Below, piece after piece: positions 1-13,500 of a stretch of DNA of 64,000 nucleotides. Made by a program: the position numbers and the translations under genes. Each line of letters starts with the position of its first letter. The stretch's first letter is position 1. The stretch lies in assembly GCA_964035545.1 (NCBI GenBank), contig OZ037765.1, positions 10,178,698-10,242,697 on the forward strand, written 5' to 3'. The stretch comes from Bugula neritina (Eukaryota > Animalia > Bryozoa). The notes under the pieces are model-generated. The model did not search any database. It saw nothing but the letters and a program-made list of their open reading frames with translations, and had not been told where the DNA came from.

Positions 1-60
1 ATAATTGAACTCTGCTCTGTGTGCAATCTAACCTGCTTGGCTTGGGCTGCTTCAGCAAAT
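1..60 (-). CDS. Possible coding exon fragment running off the left window edge (..FAEAAQAKQVRLHTEQSSI..)
   Basis: Minus-strand acceptor gtgttcAG at 61-68 is followed by an open, GC-richer stretch. Its phase (2) would also fit the donor of the coiled-coil gene exon at 2031. The parent gene cannot be determined. Confidence 0.3.
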
Positions 61-1506
61 CTGAACACGCTTTTATTCTTTTATTTATACTACACAGATA
101 CTTACACTCGTTGATTTTAACTTCTTAGCAATAGCTATAGCAAATTTTTGAGTAACTTTTATTATAGTTTTTATATTTATGGCAATAATTTCACTAAGAA
201 TTTTAATAAAATCTTATAATGGCATTTAGGTTCTAAATAATGTAAAGTAGTTAGTACATGATTTTCCTACTCTTTTTTGACATTTATTATCTTTTAGCAA
301 GAGCATATATTGGGGCTAAACTAGTTGTTTTCAAAACATATTTTTGAGTTTTTATTTAACAATAACATTGCTACAGCTGCTCATTTTATAATTTACTTGT
401 TCAGATATATTCATTGCAGATGTGTCAATATAAGACTATTTGTTTTTCAGTCTAAAAATATAGCTGTTCATCCACTTCGAAGCAATTTTGTGAAAAGCGT
501 GACTACTACAGAATGGAAATTATAATGACAGAAGCATTGAAACGGTGGTTTTTTCATAAAAAAGTTGCTGCAAAACGTTTGTGCTTTTAATTAGAACAGA
601 GGAAAATTTTCTGTATTTACGGTGAGTCTCGTGAAAAAATTTGCTTGTTTATGCATATATGCGTAGCTCATATATTACTGATTTCAAAATCTTTCATTTG
701 ATGAACATGCAAAGGTTACTAGTTGACCAAATTGGTGACGCTGGTATGTGCTATATATTGAACCAATTACAGAAACAAAGAAAATATTAAAAAGTGAAAA
801 TTCTATATTTCTGAAATCGTCATACATTAAAATATTAGGCATCACAATATTATACTTTTAATTCATCGAACTTTATAGTTAAACTACAGCCTCAGAGTTA
901 AATACATAATTATTTTACTTTGTCCCACATCGTAAAACATCTCAAGAATGTGCAGTGTGCACTAACCAACTAAAAACAACCTGCCTAATATTGGCTTAGT
1001 GCAGCACATGTTAAATGTTAAATGAATTACGAACAGCCAATTAGTTATTATTTGCTAAAACTAATCAACTTCTAACTTGAAAATATTTTTCTTTGATGAC
1101 TTTCAATACTAACAAAAATTATGAAACACAAACATATTTAAAAAGTAAAATAATGAGTAACTTGCAAACAAACTCTACAATTATGATCTGCCGTGCTTAG
1201 TAATTACAAAAATATAGAATAATGAACATTACTTTCTTGATTGCTATGCTAAAGACAAACTGATATATGTACATTGCGATCAAAACTTCCTGAATCATAA
1301 TGAGAATTGTTTTTAAAACAAAATAAAAAATGAAACTGATTTTAAACAAAATTCAGACAACAGGACGAAATGAAATAAAAACTTTTGTAAAATGGACGAC
1401 TTTTTTGAGTGATTTGATGGATGGATTCAAGTTAAAACATGAATGAGTGTGAGACATTAATACTAAACAATGCTTTTATCTTCACTCTGTATATTACTAC
1501 TTGTTT

Positions 1507-4500
1507 TCATACACGGCGAGTAGGTCGGCTAGCGTTACGCCTCCATATCCTGTCCAGGTTCTCAAACACACGCTGGTCGGCTGGCGGTCCCAAACCGTGA
1601 TCATCAAGAACAGCCCAGGCCCTACAAGCATAGTATTATGGTGATGAGAAGCATTAGGATGTGTGCTCTATGAGATAATCAGATGAGAATGAATATTTAT
1701 CACAAAACTGACCAGGTTACCATATTTTTAACTTTAAATTATATATAATGGTAAAATTTCTACCTCCACTTTAAATCTTAGGAATTTGAGTATATAGCGA
1801 GTTGAGTGTAGGAACTGGACTGATTTTGAATTAAAAATAAATCCAAACAGTTTGTTTTCAAGTATCATTTGATATAAATTTTTCCTACAGTTGATACATC
1901 ATCCAACAAAATTAGAAGTAATAACGCTGACAAGAAAAGACAATATAGCAGAGCCTTATTTATAGTCAAATGCATAATTAAACTTGTAAGTTACATTACA
2001 GTATGTGATATTGAGTTTAGGTGTACATACGCTCTTGTGAGAGCTCGTCTATCTTTCTCATATTCTGTGGTTGGCGAATCTCTCAGCCGCTCACTCTTAG
2101 TTTTAGTATATCGGGGAGAAGAAGAGCGTGACCTCGGTAATCTACCATTAGTTGATGACTCTGAGGCTCTCAGTCTATCAGTTGCTGCAAGTTCTACTTC
2201 AGCCAATGAAAGCTTGTTTTTCAGTTGGCGCAAATCTCTCTCTAGCTCTCTATTCTTCTTCTACACAAAACGATTGGGTTAAAATTATAGCAGGTATAAC
2301 TTACAAAATATCAGCTGAACAGAAGATCCAGTTTAATTAATTTACCTGAAGAGATCTGGAAGTTTCATCATGGCTGTGTTGGAGTTCATGTATTGACAGG
2401 TCTGTGCTGTTCTCTAGCTGCTCCAGTTGATGTATACGGTTGTTGAGTTCCGCAATATGAGATCTCAAATCTGCAGCAGTTCGCTCGGCTGCGTTAATCC
2501 TCATCAAACTTTCATTCTACAAGCATTCATCACAGTGACAACACGTCTACACAGCTTATACTAAAGGGGGCACAACTGTTGCGCATGCTCATTGAGTCTT
2601 GCATATTATCATGTGATTGTAGAGACGTACGAGTTTGCTGCTGAGCTGCTGATTCTGTTTCTCCAAGTCTTCGGCTCTTGCCTGATAATAATTCAGATCA
2701 TACTTTCTAGCCTTTGCCTTCCTGGCCTGAGCTTGCATGTCATTTGTGGTAGAATGTAGCTATGAAATATTTCAATAAAAACCGATCAAGTGTAACCACT
2801 TATACATATAAATCCATAACTGTTTTGTTTCCACTTGTTTATTATTACTTATAATTACATCCATATAAAAATAACAGGACGTTTTTATTTAATTTAATGA
2901 ATTTGCTACTCTCTCATTATTCCGGAAGTCTACTATAAATATAACCAACAGCACAATGTGTATAGTCAAACCTGAGACTGCAGCTGCTGAACTTCCTGCT
3001 GAAAAATGTCTGTCTGTGTCAGCCCGGTGGCAGCATCCCAAGACAGACGGGCATCCACAGCGCCACGTTCCTTGATTCTAGATTTGAAGCAGATAACAGC
3101 ATGAATACTGCTTGTTATAGAATATAGATGATCAATATTGACGTATTGTTACATAAAGTTATATCAGTAAAGTTTTATTTCCCAAAATATTTTCTTATTT
3201 GGCTGCAAATGGGTGTTTTTATTCAAGAAACAGTTACTATGTGACTATGTATATTACATACGTCACTATAAATAACTCACTAGGTAGTTTTTTAAATATG
3301 TAATGAAATTACATGTTTTATTACAAAATTTCATTTGTCAAAAACTTAATTCAACTGGTAGTTATAATATGTCATGCTATTTATTACACCTTATTACATA
3401 TATTATTATTGCTATTATTATTATTTACTATCATTATGCTTGTAGTAGCTTTAGATTTTTGTCTTTAAAAAGAAGACAACTCCTACAAAGTTTTTGAAAG
3501 CAAATTTGTTGTATACAAGTCATTTATTTCTAGCACATCTCAGTAGCAACTTAAAACACTGGTTACTTATAACCCACCTGGCATGAAGGGCACTATTCTC
3601 CATTTTGAGTTTAGTATTTTTATTTCTCAACCTTTCCACTTGTTTTTCAGCTTCTTGTAATTTAACAGTCTTTTCATTAACTTCCGTTTTGAGAGCTTTT
3701 GCCTGTCTATAAAGAACCATTTTATGTTTTCTCTCCAGCTGCATCTCTGTATCGTTTTCTTGCTTGGACATATCATTGACATCAGTCGTCAACTTGGCAG
3801 TCTGTAAACTCAATCAGATAAAAGTATTTACTGATATAGCATACAAACATGTCATAATATCTACGCTGCACTCATCTTGGAATTGTTAATCGCCTTTTAA
3901 CAGAGACAAAAGTACCTATTTTACAAGCCACAATAAGCTGTACACTGCTTTAAAAACAAGGAGTTAGCAGCTTGTAGTGGGAAACATGCTACACTAGTTA
4001 GCAGAAGTGTAAATCCCGAACTGTGGTATGTTTAAAGTGTCTCAATTGAGTCAACGAGGAAAGATTGCTCACAGCTAAGGCAGCTTCCATCTCTTCTCTG
4101 GTCACGCTGTAGCTAGATAGTTCTCTCTCCATTTGAGTCAGTCGTGATTTCAACTCAGTGTTGTTTTCTCTCAGTCTTGAGTTTTCATCTTTGAGATTCT
4201 GATTGCTAGCACCAATTTCGTGCTGTAACATGCAACATAACAGCATGTGAAGAATGCATTACACACTTTAAACTTCTAATACAATACTTTAAATAGTGAT
4301 TTAGTTACAGTATAGAAATCAACAGCACAATTTACAGAATAATACACGGAATTCATAATAGTCACCAAAATCAATGAAAATGTAATCTTCCCATATTTTT
4401 TGTGGCAGATTTATTATATAGTGTGCGCCTGAACTAGCTGTAGTGCTACTGCACTATAGAGGCTTGTCATTAACATTTTTCAGTTACATATAATTTTTCT

Positions 4501-7500
4501 TTCACTTTTAACTAACAGAACAAACACTTAAAAAAAGTAGATGCAACACTGCACTATATACGCGTGTTATTTAGAAGAGGATATTGCATCACACACTAAA
4601 TATAATTCCATACTCTAGATTCTTTAAGATAATCTGAGTCTCTCTGTTGATGATCAACTCTCTCCTCCAACCTGGTGACTTTTTTCATAAGCTCTGAGGC
4701 TTCTTGTTTGAATCTTTCAGCCTCCTTGAAAACACAAAGAAGATTTGATATCACAGAGTTTAACTTGAACCATGAAAGGTGTGTGAATATTTCATAAGGG
4801 CTGTTGACTTAGTACGCGAGTAAAAAAGCCACACTGTCTACTTGCAGCACTTCTCTACAATTTTCATAAAATACAGTATTTATTAAAAGTTTAACAAGAT
4901 TTAAATATTAAAAGTATTAAAAGTATCTGATTATACTATAATAAAATCCACTACAAGAAATAAAATAAAATCATTGTTATGACTGATCAAAGCTTGGTCT
5001 TTTAACAAAGTATATGCTTATGATAGATGAGAGCACACAGATTGTGTTATGCAGAGGAAGTGAGGAACATACTACAAAGTGAACTTACTCCTTGGGCTAG
5101 TAAATAGTTCGTCTCCAGTTTTATTTTATCTTGTAACTCAGCTTTTGCTTTCTCCAGTCTTTCCTCCAGAGTAGAGATTTCCCACTTCAACCTTTCGATC
5201 AGTTGATCTGTCTGTAACAGCAATACTAATCATTACTCTATTCTGTGGTAGTGGTATACTATATATGTATTTATAAAATACAGTAGCTAAATAAAATTAA
5301 ATAATATAAACATAAAATATAACTATTTTAAGCATTTATGTATAATACTGCTTGATAGAATGCAAAATATAGGAATATTATCAAACAAATGTTTCCCACA
5401 AAATTATCTGAAAATTAGCAGAAAATCTGAATTATCTTGAAATCATTATTATTCACTAAATACATCATCAGAATAATTAGTGCTTACACTGGATGTTATG
5501 CTTTAGATTATCATTATTATATACTCACAGTGGCTTTCTCTCTCTCTTTATCAACCTTCAGCTCATCATACATAGTCTTATAGTTGATGGTGGCTGTATG
5601 TGGCTCAAGACTCCTAGTCATTGCCATCATTTCATCTCTGCATTCACATTCATACACATATACATATACATATACACATAAATACCTACATGCTGTATGA
5701 TCACATATTTGCCCGAGTTCGTATAACTAACATAAACACTTACCTTAGTCTGTCTCTGTCCCTGTCTCGATCTCTGTTTGACTGTTGCAGTTGAGAATTA
5801 ACACTAGACAGAGCTTCAGCTTTGCTGTCAAGCTGCAACATTACAGCATTAGTTAGAGTAGAATTCTCACTCTAATTTCAAGGAAGAGTGTAGCAATAGT
5901 GTTAAAGTATAGTTGATGTATCTTAAAAAATTACCAAGTAGGGTTGACAGACAAAAATTTTCTAAAACACTTGATAAAATTTAAAACTTTTTGCTCAACC
6001 TGTATTAATCTGTGGACATAACAGAATGTGTTGAAGCCACCAATAATCTCCTACATTACAATAATACCATCACAGTATAGAATTTAGATAGTGTACACCA
6101 ATGCAGTGTTGGTAAACCTAAGATACAGCAGGGTATATGCACACCTCATGCTTGGTTTAAAACTGTTGATTATTTTCAATTTTTCAACATCTTTTACTTA
6201 GAGGTTTATGCAGTGCTTAATGTGCTTATTTACAGCTGCACGCATGTACAGCATGGCTCATTTCACTGGTGTGTAACCAAGTAACATTCAGGAGTTGTCT
6301 GCTAATGCTCTGTATAATGGAGTCAACAGAGCCACAAATGTATGTTTAGTTAATAAAATGCAGAAGGTGGCAAAAGAATCTGTAGTATTAACATGTTGAA
6401 ATAAACCAGCTAGCAAATGAGCGGTTTCATTCAAAAGCCCAGGTAAGACTTTTAGACAAAAAAACTTACTAAGTTTACAAAAGCATTGAAATATATTGAA
6501 GCATATTAGTAAATTTTTCTAACTTTTCTTCAAATTTAATTAGTTAGAAAGGCGTCTGACAAGGCAATCTAAAGAAAACAGCACACTTACTGTAACAAGC
6601 TAACAGCATTGAGCTACCAAAGCAATTAAATCATGTACCATTTATAACCTATCACAAACCTCTCTCCTCAGACTTTTCAGTTCCTTCTCCTTATCCCTCA
6701 GCTCCCTGTCTTTCTCATTGATGAGTATATTCTGCATGGAGCAGACATTCTTAGCCTCAATAGCCTCTTTGCTGTAGGAATCTAGACTACTTCTCAGAGC
6801 TATCAGTTCCCTGCGCACCTGTGATTATTCAACATAAGCTTTTAGTGAACTTTCAAACCTTTTTCAACAGTAGAATATATCAAACCATACTAGGCCTACA
6901 CATGTATGCATACAACACAGCAGCTTCTATAAGTACCAAAACAAAATTTAACAAACAGCCAAGTAAGTTCAATACAACTAAGTTATGAAGTACATATGTA
7001 CTTTGTACCACATTTACACACGAACACTGTAGATACGTAGTAGATACTCGTACCTTGTCCTCCTGATCAGCAGCCTTGCCGAGTGCGTCCTGGTGGGAAG
7101 AAAGAGGCATGTAGTTATTAGAGAGATCTTCCTGGAGGTACATGAGGGTCTTGGTGACTTCATCAAGGGCAGCTTTCACACTTTCCTACAGCAGTCAGAG
7201 ATTGTGTACGTCACGTGCCACCAGCCTTAATCAGTGGTTCGGCAAAATGGTATGGTTGACATATACGCAAAAAGTCCATAAAGTCATACAATTTTTAATG
7301 TTTACTACTTCCTAACATCATGATTAGTTTAGTCACCATTAAACAAAACTATCTGAAGACACGATGTAATAAAACCAGATCCATGCATATATTCACGCAG
7401 ATTTATAGTTACTACCCCTGTGAGAACCCCTGATAGGGAGGTTCTTTTAAGCAGCTAAAGACTTAGACATATGTGGCACAGGAGCAACTATGACTAGATG

Positions 7501-10500
7501 CTCTTCCTAACTGAACAAGATTAATACATACATTAAATGTGTGTGCTTGCAAATATAGTCACCTTTTCAGCTGCCTCCGTAGAAACTTCTTTTTCCTTCT
7601 CATCCAACGCTGCCATAAAAGTAGACCGCTCAGACTCTAGACTGCTCCTCACCTGTGCCAACTCTGTTTGAATCCGAATCAAATCTGAATCTAAGATGGC
7701 CGATGCATCAACATGTGCTGACCCTTCACCTTGTGATCGCTGTAGCACAAATTCACACACTTAGATCAACTAGTCAATATTTCTTAAATAATTACTGGCA
7801 AAAGCTTTTCTTGGACATATAAATATAATAATCATTCCAAATGTAAAGTAAACTTACCAGTAAACTCTCTTTGGCTCCCAATTCAGCCGAGACATTCTTT
7901 AGTCTGAGTTCCAGTTGAGAGTTGGCATCTTTTAGCCTCACAATCTGACTTTCCAGCTAAAAGGTTTGTGAAAAGGTTACACAGGAGCAGCAGAAATTCA
8001 GTATTAAGAAAGTACTACACTACACATATAGCCTACTGTATTAAGAGATACAGCAAAACATAGGTAGTCTATAACCTGTAAAACAAATTTTCCTACATTT
8101 TATATTTACCAGTAAATGTGACAACTCACAGTTAACACAATACACTAGACAAGATATTATATTCTTATTCCTACCATCACTATTTGCTGCTTCAACTTGC
8201 CGTGCTGAGCGTCTGAAGTGAGCTCACTCTCTAGTTTCTTATTCAACTCCCTGCAACATACATTGAAACACTGTTGTGATTTTGAGAAACTAAAGTAACT
8301 GGAAACTGTATCCATGCACCAGTCTTTTTACATGTGTCGACTAATAAAATATGTAAAGTTAATAAACATACACAGATCTCTAAGTGATAATTGCTATACA
8401 ACAGTAATAGTTTTTTATTATACACACTGGTTGTGTCATACATTCCTGATAATCAACTAGCCGCAGGTTAGAGAGCAACAAACTAACATAGTCATACACA
8501 GAACAATTGTATTATTATATAGATTCTTGTTACTTCAAAAATACAGATAAACAGTAAAATCAACCAATAAAATTATTAGCGGGAATTTCCAACAGGCCTG
8601 GTTCAACATTAATGGGCAGGTAAAGTTTAACGCATAATTTCAATAACACAAGAAGTGCACAAAGCGTACGCAACAATAATTTTCATAGAACTGCGTTTAT
8701 ATTGCCTACATAGCAACTCACATGGTAACCTCTTGATCTCTAATGTTTAACTTCTCTCTAAGTTTAGAATTTTGCACTTTTAGATCACCTGATTCTTCTT
8801 GAGTGGCCTGCAGCTGACTGGAAAGAGTTCGAGTCTCAGACTGCAACTTGGCCACATTTTTCTGTAAACTAGCACTTTCACTAAAACACAATGTAGAGCA
8901 TCTGTTGACACGTGTACCAGTATCACAAAAGCACCTGTTGACATGTGTACCAGTATCACAGAAGCACCTGTTGATACATGTACCAGTATCACAAGGGAAC
9001 CTGTTGACATGTGTACCAGTATGACAAGAGCACCTGTTTAAATGTGTACTAACATCACAAGAGCACCTGTCCATATGTGTACCAGTATCACAAGAGCACC
9101 TGTTGACACGTGCACCAGTATCACAATAGAACCTGTTGACACATGTACCAGTAACACAAGAGCACCTGTTGACACATGTACCAGTAACACAAGAGCACCT
9201 GTTGACACATGTACCAGTATCACAAGAGCACTCCAAGAGTGCTCCAATATAAGTACATTCCAAATCTATAAATAAGTATTAATCTATTTTTTTAAGTTAT
9301 ATCAGTATTTCTCTCTTTAGCCTGCAGTGTAAATAAAAAATGTAAGTGAAAGATAAGCTTTGTTGCTTTATTACCTAACGAGTTGCTTTATCTTCTCTTC
9401 CTTCCTGTCTAGCTCTTTCTGTAGAACTGCAAAAACAACAGTATTCATTCATTTGATCACTAAACTAGCAAAAAGCATAATACACGTACATCAACTACAA
9501 ACAATCATAGTCAATGAATTTTTTGTAGGATTACAATAAATAAGTTTTATTTTATTTTTAATCACAATTAGTTGTATATACAGTGATACTACTGTTAATG
9601 TAGTTGCATATACAGTGATTACGTACTACTGTTGATTGGTGCAGAAGTATGCCCGTTGACTTTACCCCGATGAGAATCTTCGTCGTCACTAGACGAAACT
9701 GACATAGACAGGTGCATGCTGCAAACAGAAATGAGAGTATGAACAATAAGAAAATACAAATCATTAAGCAACAGAGATAATATTGATAAGTATATACTTT
9801 TTCTTTGGCTTTGTTTTGATAATGGTTAAGGTTATTAGCCACACACCTGTGTCACTAGCATCACACATTGTGCTACTTTTCAGTACGTTTGAAAATTTAT
9901 TGATAGTTTAAAGTTGGTAATTAAGATGGAACTATATTTTTTATTTTTAAATTTTTAATACTTCAATCAGCTATCAAAATGCTATCATGCTGCATTGGGT
10001 AAAAACTTTCCCACAACCTTGACATCATAGGATGACCTTGACAAAACAGGATGTGAAGTACCTTAGATATAAACATGCATGTACACAAAGTTGAATTATT
10101 TAATAAGCTGAATATTACTAAGTCAAAACCAAAAACAATATTTTTTTAAAAAATAACTAGCAATAGCTTTTTTGTTGTAGCTGCGCTACAAGAAAAAGTT
10201 GAGCAATTAGAGAGAATTCGACTAATAAATTTTTTAATTTATTCATTATTATAACATTAACCTGGTTTTCCACTATTCATAAGGTAAAAGAATGAACATT
10301 TGTCTCACACTCCATGTGTGGATCTTTCAGGACTATTAGGCTATGAAATTTGGCTCAAACTATGCAACATGATTTTCAGAGTACAGCACAGAGTCAACCA
10401 GTATGATCAGCTGCCTTTCCTCACACAAAGCCTGTGGCCGTGCTGAGTCTCCATTCACTAGCCCAACACATCACACCATACTAGACTAGCATCTCTAGCA

Positions 10501-13500
10501 ACTAGACTAAGGCTGTGGGTTTAAAGACTCATAAAATTCACAAAAATTGTTGAAAAACTATGTTGAAAAATTATTAGACAATTTCTGCTAATTTATAGTT
10601 GATCCATTGTGAACACAATCCTGTAATTATAACCTGTTAATTTACTATTGGTTTTTACTATTGGTGTTATTATAACCATATATAATTGTTATGTATAAAC
10701 ATGCAGTTTAAATTAAACTTATTGGTTCACAGCAGTATAAAAGATATTTTTCAACAATAATTAATTAACAAATTGTATTGCCTGAAACAATTAAGCCAAC
10801 AATCTAACAATGATACATAATTATGCTGCTTTGATGCCTTAGTTATTGTGAACACTGTTTTGTAAGTTATGGACTACAAGCAAATGATCAGGTTAAAACA
10901 AATACCAAAATCACACAGACTGCTTGTGAATAGAGAAAGGCAAGATTTAAGCGAGTGTGGAGAATTGGCCACATGTCAAGTTTTAGAGACTCAGCAAACA
11001 GAGCATGCTCCAACTTATACAGATTTAGACAGTTTTGGAGTTGCTGTTCCTGTAAAACTAATAAGGGGAACAGATTACAGAAGCAGCTACAAGAGCTTTC
11101 TGGAAACACCTAGTGCTGGCAGTCAAACAGATGAGCATTTTCAAAATGTTTCTTCCAGGTGCCTAGACTCGCAATTCCTTACACGTTCAAGTCAAGTGGC
11201 ATATGATGCACTGGAAGAGCGAGCAACGGAACAGCAAAATGTTGGTGCACACTTCCAACAGCATTTCACTGAGGTCAGCAAACTGATTTTATCAGATGAA
11301 GAAACCTTTGGATTGACCTTTAACACTGTAATTTACTATTTTAATCAGGGCTTCTTCAAATTAATTAGATCTTTAAAGTTATAGATTATATTTAAGATTT
11401 TTCAAGGTATGGCCACATGAAGGGGAATTTCGAGTGCGAAACCGCATGTAATGAAATTCTACTAAGAGTTAATGTGGTATTGTATTTGCCCACAACTTTA
11501 CTTTTTAGTGCTCATTCGGCATGTTGACCTATTTTGCCATCTGTGCGAAATTTTTGATGGCAGTTCATGTCAAACCCGCTCTATGTGGCAGCACCTCAAG
11601 TATAATAATAAGAGAAAACAACTGCTATTTAGTGTTTATATTTCAATCAATTTGATAATAAAATTTGTAAATTTTTCAGTAGTTTTTGTCTCAGATTCTA
11701 AAAAAACAGTTTCAAGTCGATTATTAATTATTTATACTTGAAATAGGTCATAACTATGGCTAAATTGTTAGCTTTGATATCTGAATAACTTAGAAATGGT
11801 GTCAAACTTTTTCTCTCTGTTTAGTAATGCTATTTTAAAAAAGCCTTATGTTACAGATGCCATCAATTGCCCAGAGCTCACCGATTAACATGTCATATGA
11901 AGGAGCACAGGTCTCGGAGCATTCTAGAAAAATACTACTAGATCCCAACAGCATGCATTACTCACCATTTGGAGTGAGTACAGCAGCAAACAGTCAAAGT
12001 AGTGCAATCTTTTTTTCATAAAATGTTTTGTGACTGCAAATCCATGTCACATATCCATTTTATATTAATTTAGCAGACAGCTTACTGCAGCATTTTAAAA
12101 TTATTGTGGAATTTTTTCATGCATTTCTTTAGTTGAAAAAAAAAGTATTGTGAAAATTATTGCAGCCACTGGCAGGTACCATAGTATTTCATCTACTAAC
12201 TGCAGGCAAATACTAGGTAATTTTAGGACTGTATAATGTTTACTCAACCTTTCAGTGACATCATAGGTAGCCATACTTGCATGTTGTTTTTAACTTTTTC
12301 TCTAGTTTCAATTTGATTGAAAGTGTATTATATAGCATGAAGGAAAATAATACTGATTTTATTTTTAGGACATGAATACCCTGTCTATTCCGGAAGCTGG
12401 TTCAGCATCAGCACTGGTAAACTCGAAAGGAATAAAGTTGGAAGCCATGTGTTCTCAAAGTCAGCTTACTGAGCACACTCAGGCTAACGTCAATGTCTTC
12501 TCACCTCCATACTCAAAGATTCAATACCCACAAATGGTTGAATTAAACAGCTCAGCTAACTCTGGTACAGCTCACAATGCTTATCAACACATTAAATTTT
12601 TAGCGTGCGAATATATTGACCACTTGATAGAAGAGAATGAACGATTAACACACATATCCCGAGCCTTTACCGTACCTACGCCACTAGACTTTGAGAACGA
12701 ACATTATTTTGAAGAAGTTCGAAACACAGAGCATCATTTTCCGAGTGATAGATTCCGCCAATGGCTCGATATGAAACAATATGAGGACTACTACGAGATG
12801 GATGGCTCTCATGAGGACAAAAACTTGACACTGGGGCACCCAATAGTCAACATTAAACAAGAGCCTGAAAACCAATATATATAACATGAAATTAAAAACC
12901 TGATTTATTAAAGCGAACTCCACTGACTCGTAGCTGACTTGACATAAACAATTACTCATGTCTAAAACCATGACTCTCAGAATCCTAACAGCTACAGACT
13001 ACAATGCTCTCAGGAGTTACAAAATATACCATTCTGCTAGCTAACCTAACAAAAATTTCTAAGAAGAAGAAGAGACATAACACAGGCATATCTAGCAGAA
13101 AAGCATCACACCCAAATCTATGTTGCTGGTGAACTTGATAAATACATGGGTAAAGCAGCAAACAGCTCACAACAAACTACAACTCGCACCACTTCAGTTG
13201 AATAAAACCACACAGCAATTAAGAAAGCGAAGGCGGGGTTTGTTAGACACCAGATAATACCATGACGTGAGATGTGGGTGGGGAGTAGAGTCACAGCTGG
13301 CAGACGACACGCTGCCTGTGCTGTTGTGTCTCAGCCGCAGTCTCTCTCTTGCTTCCTGTAACTCACGTTCCGCACATTCTCGACGCAGTTGAATTTCTCG
13401 AGAACGTGACTCCAGCTCATCATCAAACATCACTCCACTAAACAGTCATAGTCACAGATATACACTATTCACACTCAAATGGCTTTACTCTGTTAGCCTT

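Noticed and set aside
8896-9230. 33-bp repeats as a CRISPR array or an EGF/metallothionein gene
   Set aside because: Units are contiguous with no unique spacers, the context is eukaryotic, and periodic ORFs appear in several frames on both strands.
10331-10510. Extra coding exon of the nested gene
   Set aside because: An acceptor is present, but every ATG-initiated frame stops early; at most a 5' UTR exon with uORFs.
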